61,857 nt of DNA from a virus. The notes under the pieces were generated by a model, which ran no database searches, was not told where the DNA came from, and worked only from the letters and a program-made list of their open reading frames with translations. The DNA lies in the IMG/VR virus record IMGVR_UViG_3300047462_000177; one strand, given 5' to 3'. The translations under genes and the position numbers were made by a program. Positions 15,471 to 24,704 of this stretch are shown in pieces (position 1 is the first letter of the stretch; each line of letters opens with the position of its first letter).

Positions 15471-15472
15471 TG

Positions 15473-15667
15473 CTACGCCTTTTTCGTCGGCGTAATCTGC
15501 ACATTTCTCACGTGTTGATATCTGATATTCAGCTTCGCTGCGATTTGTGAGCGCGAGAGACCCTTCGATGTAAGCAGACGAATCTTTTCCGAAGTCGACT
15601 TACACGCATCGATCTCAGAATCGATCGTTGAAGCTACCGGCACATCATAGTTGAATTCGTTGATCAT
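15473..15667 (-). CDS. small HTH DNA-binding protein (first gene of the leftward arm)
   Basis: 64 aa. KIRLLTSKGLSRSQIAAKLNIRYQHVRNV is an HTH, with paralogous domains in 10317..10853 and 972..1505. Confidence 0.65.
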   Translation of the reverse strand: MINEFNYDVPVASTIDSEIDACKSTSEKIRLLTSKGLSRSQIAAKLNIRYQHVRNVQITPTKKA

Positions 15668-15689
15668 CTGTCTGACCCTTTTCGTTTCT

Positions 15690-15747
15690 CAAGAGCACTA
15701 TTGCTCTTGTATGAAGATATTATAGTTTGATCTTAAGATCTAAGCTA
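15690..15747 (-). promoter_or_regulatory. leftward promoter with a palindromic operator and a leader hairpin
   Basis: -10 TATAAT (complement at 15719-15724) and a weak -35 TAGCTT (15742-15747). The perfect 12-bp palindrome GATCTTAAGATC at 15729-15740 sits in the spacer. Leader hairpin caagagca-ctat-tgctcttg at 15690-15709. Confidence 0.5.
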
Positions 15748-16037
15748 CTAATCTTTTCGCTTAGCTCTTATTCGCTTTTCGCTTAGCTCTTCTTTTCTCC
15801 TTCTGTTCTCTTCAATAAAAATAATATAATGCGAATCAGAAAATTTCGCAACAGCGAAAAGTGAATAGCTGCTCCGCTATTATCGCTGATGTACGAATGT
15901 GTTAATTTCAACGTCAAATGGGTCCGAAAATGCAGCTCCCGGAAAGGACACCAAAAATTACCTATTCCCTAAAAAAAGCATTAGGCACATCAGCGGCAGC
16001 TTAGGTACACATTAACAAAGATTAATAATTGGACGTC

Positions 16038-16067
16038 TTGATTTTCCAAATATACATAGACTATAAT
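16038..16067 (+). promoter_or_regulatory. rightward sigma70-type promoter (TTGATT-N18-TATAAT)
   Basis: ttgatt at 16038-16043 and tataat at 16062-16067. It is the only family member on the plus strand. Confidence 0.6.
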
Positions 16068-16068
16068 T

Positions 16069-18105
16069 GTGGACAAAGGGACCCTAACAATTACCAATGT
16101 AGCTCCCATCTCTCAGCCCGTAATGCCTACAAGAGCCCAGGTGTTACGCGAAGCTGCCGAGCGCATTCCTAAGAACTCCTTGGGGCTGCCGGAGGGCTAC
16201 TATCGCTCAGATCTCCTTGACCCGCCAATGGTGGTAAAAGGGATCCTAGTCCCAACCGAGCTGTCAGCCCCCATCAACTACACCAGCCAGTCGAGCCAGT
16301 CGAGCCAGTCGAGCCAGTCGAGCCCACAAACAGCAAGCGCTGTCGCCGGCCCTGCTAGCAACAACTCAGGCTCACAAAAAGAGTGCGCGACGCTCGATCT
16401 ACCTGCCACCGAGCCCCCGTCAAATGCAGTGTGCTCAGGCACCACTGGCACCACTGGCACCACCACCACCACCAGCGAGGCATCCTATGTCGAGAGGCAG
16501 TCGGGGAGCCCGAACGCCGAAGGATCTCCGGTCCAGTCCGAGCTCGACGGCATCGGGCGAGGGAACCCAATCCAGATCAGGACGGGGCAGCCGAGCTCTG
16601 AAGGTAGTCAGGGGCAGCAGCAACCATCACACGGGCGGTCTGAAGCATCAGACAACCAGCACTCATGGCCATCACAAGTCGACAGCCGAGCTGGTCAAAC
16701 CGAGAGCCGGACAGGTTCACAAGCCCAAGGCCCCAACCCAGACGTAGGGGACCCTACATCTGCTCAGACACTGATCAGCGAGGATTACAGGCTTCCGGCA
16801 ATCGTATTCAATGAGCGTGTGCTACGCAATGCATATGTACCGTTGAACTACGATGAGGGATACCCTGTCCTACCTGATGGCAAGCCCTACTGGCAACAGT
16901 TGGACTTTGAGCCTCTGGATGCCTTCGTGGCATTCCAGGCTTATGTCGAGATGGGGTCCTACGGCTCCCGACAGCTCTTTCTCCTGCAGGACAAACAGTC
17001 CATGCAGCAGCGCATCCTTGTTGCGCGCAGCAGGATGAACCAGGAAGCCTCAAAGCTAGAGTCCAGAGGCGGCTACTACTACCCGGAGCCCAACGGCCCA
17101 GCAAGTGGCTATCCTAGCTCACACCAGAATAACACCCGTAACCGGCCGCCTGCTCTCTCCCAGGAAGAGCAGGACCGCCGAGATGAGGAAGATCTCCGTG
17201 AAGCAGAACGGGCGAAACAGTCTGCCTTGGATGGCAGTGGCTTCGTCCCTAACGTTACAGGTGGTGATGCACTAGAGCTCTCCGACCAGAAGAGGTCTAA
17301 GCTGTACGGGATGCTCCAAGCGGGAGCTGACCATGACACCTTGATTGAGTGGTACTACCTGTATCACTGGTCAACGCGTGCCTTAGCTCACGATCTCTTC
17401 TACGTGGATAGTATCCGCCGTGGGCGCGAGGCAATGGCCTTGCAGCTGGAGAACGGCCATCTGCAAGACAGCACGCAGATGTATCGCAGGCTCCAGGAAA
17501 TCTTCGACCCTGACAACCCGAAGTACCATGACACCAACGGTGAGAGCCGTTTCTGGCAGAAACTAGCAGGTAGCCCGAAGACAGCTACCGAGTTCTTCAA
17601 GACACTGATCCAGATGCAGCGCCTGAGCGTAGGCCTGTCCCAAGACAGTCCAAGTGTTGCTCTAGGCCGCTTTGCAGACCAGTCCGACGCCGAGCCATCC
17701 AGGGGTAGAGGCCGCCCGAAATCCAACGGCTCGGGCACCCACAGTAACAGTAACAGTAACAGTCTGCCCTCTAGCGCGCGGGGTCAGGCACATGACAACT
17801 TCAGCAGAGGAGCTATCAACCACGGTAACCAGTTGCGCCCTGACGAGCATGGCCGGATCAACCCGGAAGCCCATGCCCAGATAGGCGCCCAGACCAACAC
17901 GGCTAATGCGAATGTGAGTAGGCCACCTATGCGGGGGCTAGGTGGCTTCCAACCTGAGACGGCTACTACTAACACAGCATCGGGGGGTGCTGGGTCTCAG
18001 GTTGGACCGACTGGCGATGAGCGTGCAAGACGAATTGCTCAACTCCTAGATCTTGCACGTGCTCGACAAGCGGGCAGCACCCCACAGAGTCGGGGCTCTA
18101 CATAG
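16069..18105 (+). CDS. large low-complexity protein in the small-terminase position; function unknown
   Basis: It ends 1 nt before TerL. The GTG at 16069 lies 2 nt after the -10, so the ATG at 16123 is the more likely start. In-frame repeats (SQS)x4, (TTG)x3 and (SN)x3. GC-rich. Confidence 0.6.
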   Translation: MDKGTLTITNVAPISQPVMPTRAQVLREAAERIPKNSLGLPEGYYRSDLLDPPMVVKGILVPTELSAPINYTSQSSQSSQSSQSSPQTASAVAGPASNNSGSQKECATLDLPATEPPSNAVCSGTTGTTGTTTTTSEASYVERQSGSPNAEGSPVQSELDGIGRGNPIQIRTGQPSSEGSQGQQQPSHGRSEASDNQHSWPSQVDSRAGQTESRTGSQAQGPNPDVGDPTSAQTLISEDYRLPAIVFNERVLRNAYVPLNYDEGYPVLPDGKPYWQQLDFEPLDAFVAFQAYVEMGSYGSRQLFLLQDKQSMQQRILVARSRMNQEASKLESRGGYYYPEPNGPASGYPSSHQNNTRNRPPALSQEEQDRRDEEDLREAERAKQSALDGSGFVPNVTGGDALELSDQKRSKLYGMLQAGADHDTLIEWYYLYHWSTRALAHDLFYVDSIRRGREAMALQLENGHLQDSTQMYRRLQEIFDPDNPKYHDTNGESRFWQKLAGSPKTATEFFKTLIQMQRLSVGLSQDSPSVALGRFADQSDAEPSRGRGRPKSNGSGTHSNSNSNSLPSSARGQAHDNFSRGAINHGNQLRPDEHGRINPEAHAQIGAQTNTANANVSRPPMRGLGGFQPETATTNTASGGAGSQVGPTGDERARRIAQLLDLARARQAGSTPQSRGST

Positions 18106-20112
18106 TTGCAACTCTTCGGAGGGCCATACGGAACACACACAGACGGCACTAACAGTGAGGTAAGCGTAGAAGAGCTTATCCCGTTCATGACAGAGTCTGA
18201 ACTGGATGAGCTTGAGTATCTCCTGAGTGACATCTTCATCCCACCGTGGATGCCTCTGCCTGGCCCACAGACGATGGCTATTGAGAGCCAGGCCGACGAG
18301 ACCTTCTATGGCGGTGCTGCAGGTGGCGGGAAAACCGATCTCCTGATCGGTACCGCGATGATGAACCACCATGACAGCATTATCTTCCGCCGTGAGTTCG
18401 CCCAGCTCAAAGGGATCCGCAAACGTTGTGCGGAGATCTACAACGGCTTTGCCAAGTACAACGGCAGTGACTATGTCTGGCGCTTTCATCAGCCGCCTTA
18501 CCTAGGCAAATCTGTCGAGCTCGGTGCTTGCCAATTTGATGGGGATGAACAAAAGTACCAAGGTCGCCCACATGACCTTAAAGCCTTTGATGAGGTCACC
18601 CATTTCACCGAAGCACAATTTAGGTTCCTCAAGGGCTGGAACCGCACCACTCGCCGTGATCCCAACACAGGCCTCCCTCAGCGGACTAGGGTAATTGCTG
18701 CTGGCAACCCCCCTGTCAATGCAGAGGGTCAGTGGGTCATCAGGTATTGGGCCCCCTGGCTAGACAGTGAGCACCAGAATCCTGCCGAACCAGGTGAGCT
18801 CCGCTGGTTTGTAACTGATGAAGTAGGCAACGACCGAGAGGTCCCAGACAATACACCTGTCTGGTTGACCCTTGACGGCGTCCCTCAGTGGGTCCAACCT
18901 ACATCCCGTACATTTATCCGTGCTAAGGTTCAGGACAACACGTTCCTGATCCAGAGTGGTTACTTGTCGGTCTTGCAGGCATTGCCGGAACCGCTCCGCT
19001 CAAGGATGCTCGGAGGCAATTTTGGAGTCCTCCAGGAGGATGATGAGTGGCAAGTGATCCCAAGTGGTTGGATCACCGAAGCACAGGCTCGTTGGGCTCC
19101 TAGCTACGAGGAGTACCTGCACAAGCTCCATGCGCGTCATCGTGCTGCTGGTACGCAGATTGCTGACCATGAGAAAGCACTTGACGACACTACAATTGAT
19201 GCCGTCAATCTGTTCAGCATTGAACAATCGCGCGCGAGCCAGGCTTCGCCTGGGCTACGTCGAACCCCCGTTATCGGGAATGCACGTGGTGATAGCGACG
19301 AGCTGCGCTCAGCTAATGAGCGTGATGCATTGCTCAATAATATACCCCAAAAGGTAGGTGTTGACCTGAGTGAGTTCCTGACACAGAGGCAGCAAAAAGT
19401 CAACAGCAATGCTGCCGAAATGGTGGAGGGACGGTCAATTGATCTACCTGGTGCTCGGGATGTGGGTGTCGATGTTGCTCGGGGCGGTCGTGATAAGACT
19501 GTCGTCAGCGAAAGGATCGGATCATGGTTCGCACCCCTCAAAGCCGTCCCCGGAATCCGCACACCTACCGGACAAGCAGTCATCAACATCCTCAAAGAAC
19601 TGGGGTATGAGGAATGGCGTTGTAAGATTGATGTTGTTGGGGCGGGGTCGTCACCGGTAGATGCTGGCCGTCTTGAGGGCATGAACGTCGTTGCCATGAA
19701 CGGTAGCGAGTCCTCACATGCGACTGACCGCTCAGGTACCATAGGTTTTGCCAACAAACGTGCAGAATGGTGGTGGTTATTCCGCGAAGCACTCGATCCT
19801 GACCTCGGTTTGAACATCGCTTTGCCTCCAGATGCTGAGTTGGCGGCTGATTTAGCTGCACCAAGGTGGTCTTTGACTGTTCGAGGCATCATTCTTGAGG
19901 ATAAAAAGCTCATCAAGAAGCGCATTATGCGCTCACCTGACCGTGCTGAGGCCTTGATCAATGCGTTTGCACAGCCAAATATCATCGGTCATGGCTTCAT
20001 TTCGTACTACCGCGAGCAGGTTAAGCTGGCAGCAGAGCAAGGAACACTAAAATTCAGCCAAAATGCCAAGGCAAAATCACAGGTTAGCGCCTTCATGCAG
20101 GCAAATCAGTGA
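18106..20112 (+). CDS. terL: terminase large subunit
   Basis: Walker A GGAAGGGKT, Walker B-like KAFDEVTHF and the nuclease-domain block VGVDVARGGRDKTVV. Start is the TTG at 18106 or the ATG at 18187. Confidence 0.85.
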   Translation: MQLFGGPYGTHTDGTNSEVSVEELIPFMTESELDELEYLLSDIFIPPWMPLPGPQTMAIESQADETFYGGAAGGGKTDLLIGTAMMNHHDSIIFRREFAQLKGIRKRCAEIYNGFAKYNGSDYVWRFHQPPYLGKSVELGACQFDGDEQKYQGRPHDLKAFDEVTHFTEAQFRFLKGWNRTTRRDPNTGLPQRTRVIAAGNPPVNAEGQWVIRYWAPWLDSEHQNPAEPGELRWFVTDEVGNDREVPDNTPVWLTLDGVPQWVQPTSRTFIRAKVQDNTFLIQSGYLSVLQALPEPLRSRMLGGNFGVLQEDDEWQVIPSGWITEAQARWAPSYEEYLHKLHARHRAAGTQIADHEKALDDTTIDAVNLFSIEQSRASQASPGLRRTPVIGNARGDSDELRSANERDALLNNIPQKVGVDLSEFLTQRQQKVNSNAAEMVEGRSIDLPGARDVGVDVARGGRDKTVVSERIGSWFAPLKAVPGIRTPTGQAVINILKELGYEEWRCKIDVVGAGSSPVDAGRLEGMNVVAMNGSESSHATDRSGTIGFANKRAEWWWLFREALDPDLGLNIALPPDAELAADLAAPRWSLTVRGIILEDKKLIKKRIMRSPDRAEALINAFAQPNIIGHGFISYYREQVKLAAEQGTLKFSQNAKAKSQVSAFMQANQ

Positions 20113-20345
20113 TGAGTATCATGCCGGAACACCTCGTGAGCGCTGTTGACCGGGCCATAAAAGGCAATCCACATGCTATCAAGGCATGGAATGTTGTCCG
20201 AAAGGCCGTGATGTATGATAGGGAAGTCACACTTTCTGAGGCTCAGGACTTCTATGAGGCATTGGAATGTGCAGAAGCGCTCCCAAATAGGGCTATGACA
20301 GAGCTAGATGATGACCTTGTCATCGATTTAGCTCAGGTGGATTGA
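20109..20345 (+). CDS. hypothetical acidic protein
   Basis: 78-aa ORF with an ATGA-type overlap with TerL. Confidence 0.5.
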   Translation: MMSIMPEHLVSAVDRAIKGNPHAIKAWNVVRKAVMYDREVTLSEAQDFYEALECAEALPNRAMTELDDDLVIDLAQVD

Positions 20346-22069
20346 TAGAATACATGCCAACACTCCCTACAGGCTTCGGAGGTAAGGTAACTCCCGTGAT
20401 ACCCAACTGGGTAACGCGGACTAGCCAAGCTGTACGTTATGCTATCACAGGCGTAACCAACGCAACTTGGTTCGGGCCTATGCAGCCTTTGGCGCCTTTT
20501 GCGCCTCAGGATATAGAATCAGGAGTAAAAGGGCGCAGATACGACTACCAAGTTGGCAGAAACCTCAACTATACTCCGCGCGGAGACGCAGCTGTCCAGT
20601 TTGCAGATCTCCGAGCGCTAAGCTACAACTGTGAAGTACTTCGCGGTGTAATTGAGGCGCGGTGTGATCAGATAGCTGCCATGGATTGGGTTATCCGTCC
20701 AAGGCTGGCAACGACACAGGACGACGCTGATGCTGATATCGGAGACTCACAGGGAAGCAGTATAGGAGAAGGATTCGATGACCCGCAAGACAGTAGCGGC
20801 CTTAGCAAGGCAAACACAGGAGCTGCAGGCTCGGCGACGGGTAACGGTAAAGGAGGCCCGCATATTGGTGGCAGTAGCCGCGGTAAGCTGGTTACTGGTT
20901 CTTCTGTCAATTCGGGGAATCCATCACCTTCTGTAACACGGAAACAGCTCAACTCCCTTCGCATGACGAAGGATCAAGCAGCTGTTGTATCCAGGCTCAC
21001 GGATTTCTTCACGTATCCGGATAAGGTGCATACCTGGGATCAGTGGACACGGGCAATCAACGAGGATATGTTTGTCTGTGATGCAGCGACTATCTGGAAG
21101 CGGCCTACGCGTGGCGGACAACTCTACTCATTGGAGTTCATCGATGGCGCAACCATCTTCCCACTCATCGACGCTAACGGACGTCGTCCAACGCTTCCAG
21201 GCGATCCGGCATTCCAGCAAATCCTTCATGGAATTCCTGCTGCAGACTATACTGCTTCAGAGCTACTATACCTTCCGCGTAACGTCAAAACCAACAGGCT
21301 ATATGGCGTCAGCCCTGTGGAGCAGGTGGTACTTACGGCCAACACGGCCATTCGCCGCGCGGTGTTTCAGTTAGAATACTACCTGAGTGGTTCCAACCCA
21401 GATGCCTTCGTAGGTCTCCCTGCGAGTTGGAACCTCAGCAACATCAAGGATTTCCAGCAGTGGTTTGATGGTCTGATGGAGGGCAACCTAGCAAACCGTC
21501 GTAAGACACGGTTCATGCCCGGAGAATTCAAATACGTCGAGACCAAAGAACCACCGCTGAAAGATGAATACGACGAATGGCTTGCACGTGTAATATGCTT
21601 TGTATTCGACGTTGACCCAGAACCCTTTATTAGCAAAGGGTCGAAAGCAGCGGGCGGATCAGGACGTGCACGTGCACTGGAAGAGGGTAAGCTCCCACTA
21701 CAGCGTTGGTGGAAATCCACCATCGACCAGATCATCCGATTTGACTTGAAGGAACCTGGCTACGAGTTCGTCTTTCTCGAGGATAGAGAACAAGATCCAA
21801 AAGCCCAGATGGAGATCGATACTGGCTACGTGAAAGCAGGCATCTACGCGATTGATGAGGTACGTGGCGATCGTGGACGTAAACCTCTAGGAGGCGTCGC
21901 AGAGACACCAATGCTTGCTACGACTGCTGGCTATGTACCTCTGGGGGCTTTGACTGGTGCTAATGCTGTAGCTGCTATGGCTTCTGGAGGAAGCCCTGCT
22001 GCTAATGCTATCCACGGTACACCTACCGGAGACTCCGGTGGGGTGAACGTAGCTAACCTCGACAACTAA
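20342..22069 (+). CDS. portal protein
   Basis: Size and position directly after TerL. Contains a D/G/S-rich low-complexity insertion. The likely start is the ATG at 20354. Confidence 0.75.
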   Translation: MIEYMPTLPTGFGGKVTPVIPNWVTRTSQAVRYAITGVTNATWFGPMQPLAPFAPQDIESGVKGRRYDYQVGRNLNYTPRGDAAVQFADLRALSYNCEVLRGVIEARCDQIAAMDWVIRPRLATTQDDADADIGDSQGSSIGEGFDDPQDSSGLSKANTGAAGSATGNGKGGPHIGGSSRGKLVTGSSVNSGNPSPSVTRKQLNSLRMTKDQAAVVSRLTDFFTYPDKVHTWDQWTRAINEDMFVCDAATIWKRPTRGGQLYSLEFIDGATIFPLIDANGRRPTLPGDPAFQQILHGIPAADYTASELLYLPRNVKTNRLYGVSPVEQVVLTANTAIRRAVFQLEYYLSGSNPDAFVGLPASWNLSNIKDFQQWFDGLMEGNLANRRKTRFMPGEFKYVETKEPPLKDEYDEWLARVICFVFDVDPEPFISKGSKAAGGSGRARALEEGKLPLQRWWKSTIDQIIRFDLKEPGYEFVFLEDREQDPKAQMEIDTGYVKAGIYAIDEVRGDRGRKPLGGVAETPMLATTAGYVPLGALTGANAVAAMASGGSPAANAIHGTPTGDSGGVNVANLDN

Positions 22070-22114
22070 CCCACTAACCCACTCACGCTCACTTCCCACC
22101 CATAGGAGAATACC

Positions 22115-22768
22115 ATGGCTATCCAGATGTTGGCTCCCGGACCTTACGTCTCGATCACTACACGTCAGGGCACTACCTACACCGCTGACGGCAACTCCAT
22201 GATCTACGCTACTATCCAGCAGTGGGACATCGCAGATCTCCTGAACGCCGGGTGTGACTTCGCTATGCAGGTCCCTGACTTCCAGTTTGACAGTGAGACT
22301 GCTCACCCTGCTTCGACAGCTTCTGACGTCGTCATGGCTGTCGGTACCTTGCCAGCAAATTTCTTCACCCGAGATGGCGTCGGCGTCGACCTGACGATGA
22401 TCGGTACCTTCGCGAACAACACCAATACCAAGACCGCGAAGATCATCGTCGGTCCTGCAACTGCCGTCATCGGCTCTACTGTGGGTACGGGTGGCACGAC
22501 TCTCGCAACCACCGGCGCCTACAGCACTACAGGCCAAGTCGGCTTCCAGTTGAACGCCCAGATCACCAAGATCGGTATCCTCGGCGCCAACACGCAGGTC
22601 GGCTTCGAGACAGCAGTCATCATCGGTGCCACGCACGGCGGTATGGGCGTCCCTCAGGCTCTAACACTAACGGAGACGTCGCCTATCCTCGTCGCGTTCA
22701 CGTTGAATTCGGCTACCACGGCGAGCGACACCACTCTCGACTACGCCAGCATCCAGCCTCTCGACTAA
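22115..22768 (+). CDS. hypothetical head-module protein
   Basis: 217-aa ORF between the portal and the protease. AGGAGA precedes the ATG. Confidence 0.55.
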   Translation: MAIQMLAPGPYVSITTRQGTTYTADGNSMIYATIQQWDIADLLNAGCDFAMQVPDFQFDSETAHPASTASDVVMAVGTLPANFFTRDGVGVDLTMIGTFANNTNTKTAKIIVGPATAVIGSTVGTGGTTLATTGAYSTTGQVGFQLNAQITKIGILGANTQVGFETAVIIGATHGGMGVPQALTLTETSPILVAFTLNSATTASDTTLDYASIQPLD

Positions 22769-22810
22769 CAGAGCCACGAGATGGTACGGTAACACGGGAG
22801 GAGCGCATCT

Positions 22811-24640
22811 ATGTCTGCTAGGATTTACATCCCCATAACGAAGGTAGATGCTGCTCAGCGCATCGTGTATGGGACCTTCACTGAGGAAGCCGTTGATCGC
22901 AGCAATGAGATCATGGACTACCAGACCTCGAAGCCCAACTTCGAGCACTGGTCCAATGAGGTCTACAAGTCCTCAGGCGGTAAGAGCTACGGCAATGTGC
23001 GCGCGATGCACAAGCCTATCGGAGCTGGAGTGATCACCCAGCCCATCGAGTTCGATGACAACGCCCGAGTCATGAAAGCCATGACCCGTATCATCGACAA
23101 TGATGAGTGGGAGAAGGTGGAGGCAGGCGTCTACACAGGCTTCTCTGTTGGTGGGATCTACTCCAAGCGCTGGCAAGACCCATCTGATCCTACCAAGGTG
23201 CGGTACACAGCTACGCCGACGGAGATCTCTCTGGTCGATCTCCCTTGTGCCAAAGGAGCTACCTTTGAGTATGTCAAGGACAACACCTCAGCAGCACCTC
23301 CGGAGCAGCGGCTCTTCAAGTCCGTCGTCGCCGACGGTATCGCGATCGACTACTCAGTCCTACCTGAACTCACTCCTCCTGTCACGCCTCCAAGTCTCCT
23401 CGATAAGGCGGCATCAACAAGTACCCCAGCTGATACGGGCGCTGGCTCTCAGACGCCTCCAAAGACGGATGCAGAGCTCGTTGATGAGCTCAAGAAGCGG
23501 ATCGCAGCACTAGAGGCAGCCGCTACCACCGGCGCAATTAGCACCCCGAAGCCCGTTACGGAGCCTCTGGTGGTGTACAAGGCAACAGACGGCACTTACT
23601 TCGAGAAGCGGGAGCTGTGTGAAGCACACAATGCTACTCTGGAGATGAATGCAGCTGTCGCGGGCATCACGTCAGGCGCCGATGAAGCTCTGCAGAAGCT
23701 CAACTCTCTGCTCAACAAGGATCTCAATGCCTCTTCTGGAACGGAGCCCGGAGTCCAACAGACCTCGTCGACGGCGGTGCCTTCTAGTCCGACTACTCAG
23801 GTACCTGAGAAGCCTAAGGCACCTGTCTACGGCAAGGCTCACCTAGCAGGTCTGTCTAAGGATGCCTCGAAGGAACAGAAGCAGGATGCCCTCAACAAGG
23901 GCATGTACGACATCAGTCGTATTGCGAGTCTGCTCTGCGAACTGAAGTGGTGCTACGAGTGCATGGCTACGGAGGCTGCCGTCGAGAACGACAACTCAGC
24001 CAATCCAGGAAAAGCGGCAGCCATCATCTCGGCGATGGTCGATCTGCTGAGCAGCGTAGTAGCCGAGGAGACATCAGAGCTTCTGGCAACTGTGCAGGGC
24101 GATGGTGGTGAAGCACAGGGACCCTCTGATACGATCATCATCATGGCAGCTGCCATGCCAGAGACCCTCTTGAAGGGTACACTCAACTGCGGTGTGCCTG
24201 TCGACGAGAAGCTCACGAAAGCCTACAAGGATGCCTTGCAGAACCTCGAGAAGAGCCAGCAGCTGAACAAGACCTTCGGCCTGACTTTCACCGAAGCAGA
24301 CTTGCGTCCGGATAACAGCGACCTGCCTCAGGCTGTACGCCTAGTGCTGGTCAAGAATGCAGGCTTGGAAAACAAAGTCACCCAGTACGGTGATCAGCTT
24401 GCCAAGCTTGCCAAACGTGTCGAGGAGCTTGCAGCTGAGCCTGTACCCTTCAAAGGGGTTCAGTATCAGGCTGTATCCAAAGCTCAGGACACAGCCCAAG
24501 CTACCGGTGGTCAGACGCAGAGAGCGTCTGACAACCCCCAGGAGAACCTTGAGAAGGCTCTTGCAGCCATCCCACCTGAGCACAGGGCAATGGCAATGAT
24601 GAAATATGCCTTAGCTAACCCAACGCTGAACGTCCCGTAA
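22811..24640 (+). CDS. prohead serine protease (HK97/S78-like) fused to a scaffold-like C-terminal region
   Basis: The N-terminus has VRAMHKPIGAGV..DD..GVYTGFSVGG, the His and Ser blocks of the HK97-type protease. About 430 aa of Ala/Glu/Lys-rich helical sequence follow. Confidence 0.65.
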   Translation: MSARIYIPITKVDAAQRIVYGTFTEEAVDRSNEIMDYQTSKPNFEHWSNEVYKSSGGKSYGNVRAMHKPIGAGVITQPIEFDDNARVMKAMTRIIDNDEWEKVEAGVYTGFSVGGIYSKRWQDPSDPTKVRYTATPTEISLVDLPCAKGATFEYVKDNTSAAPPEQRLFKSVVADGIAIDYSVLPELTPPVTPPSLLDKAASTSTPADTGAGSQTPPKTDAELVDELKKRIAALEAAATTGAISTPKPVTEPLVVYKATDGTYFEKRELCEAHNATLEMNAAVAGITSGADEALQKLNSLLNKDLNASSGTEPGVQQTSSTAVPSSPTTQVPEKPKAPVYGKAHLAGLSKDASKEQKQDALNKGMYDISRIASLLCELKWCYECMATEAAVENDNSANPGKAAAIISAMVDLLSSVVAEETSELLATVQGDGGEAQGPSDTIIIMAAAMPETLLKGTLNCGVPVDEKLTKAYKDALQNLEKSQQLNKTFGLTFTEADLRPDNSDLPQAVRLVLVKNAGLENKVTQYGDQLAKLAKRVEELAAEPVPFKGVQYQAVSKAQDTAQATGGQTQRASDNPQENLEKALAAIPPEHRAMAMMKYALANPTLNVP

Positions 24641-24704
24641 GGGCAAACAAGGCCGCGGATCAGTCTACCCTTTCTTCACGACTATCACAACGAGGAATAA
24701 TGTA

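Noticed and set aside
16278-17975. Multiple alternative-frame ORFs inside 16069..18105.
   Set aside because: The same GC-rich, stop-poor effect applies. Only the long plus-strand frame is contiguous with terL and the promoter.
21887-22636. A 249-aa minus-strand ORF antisense to the portal and head genes, plus similar antisense ORFs at 19137..19985, 10314..10886, 25650..26093 and 52791..53252.
   Set aside because: Each is fully embedded antisense to a gene with clear motifs or operon context, and their sequences are Arg/Ser/Gly-rich as expected from GC-rich antisense frames.
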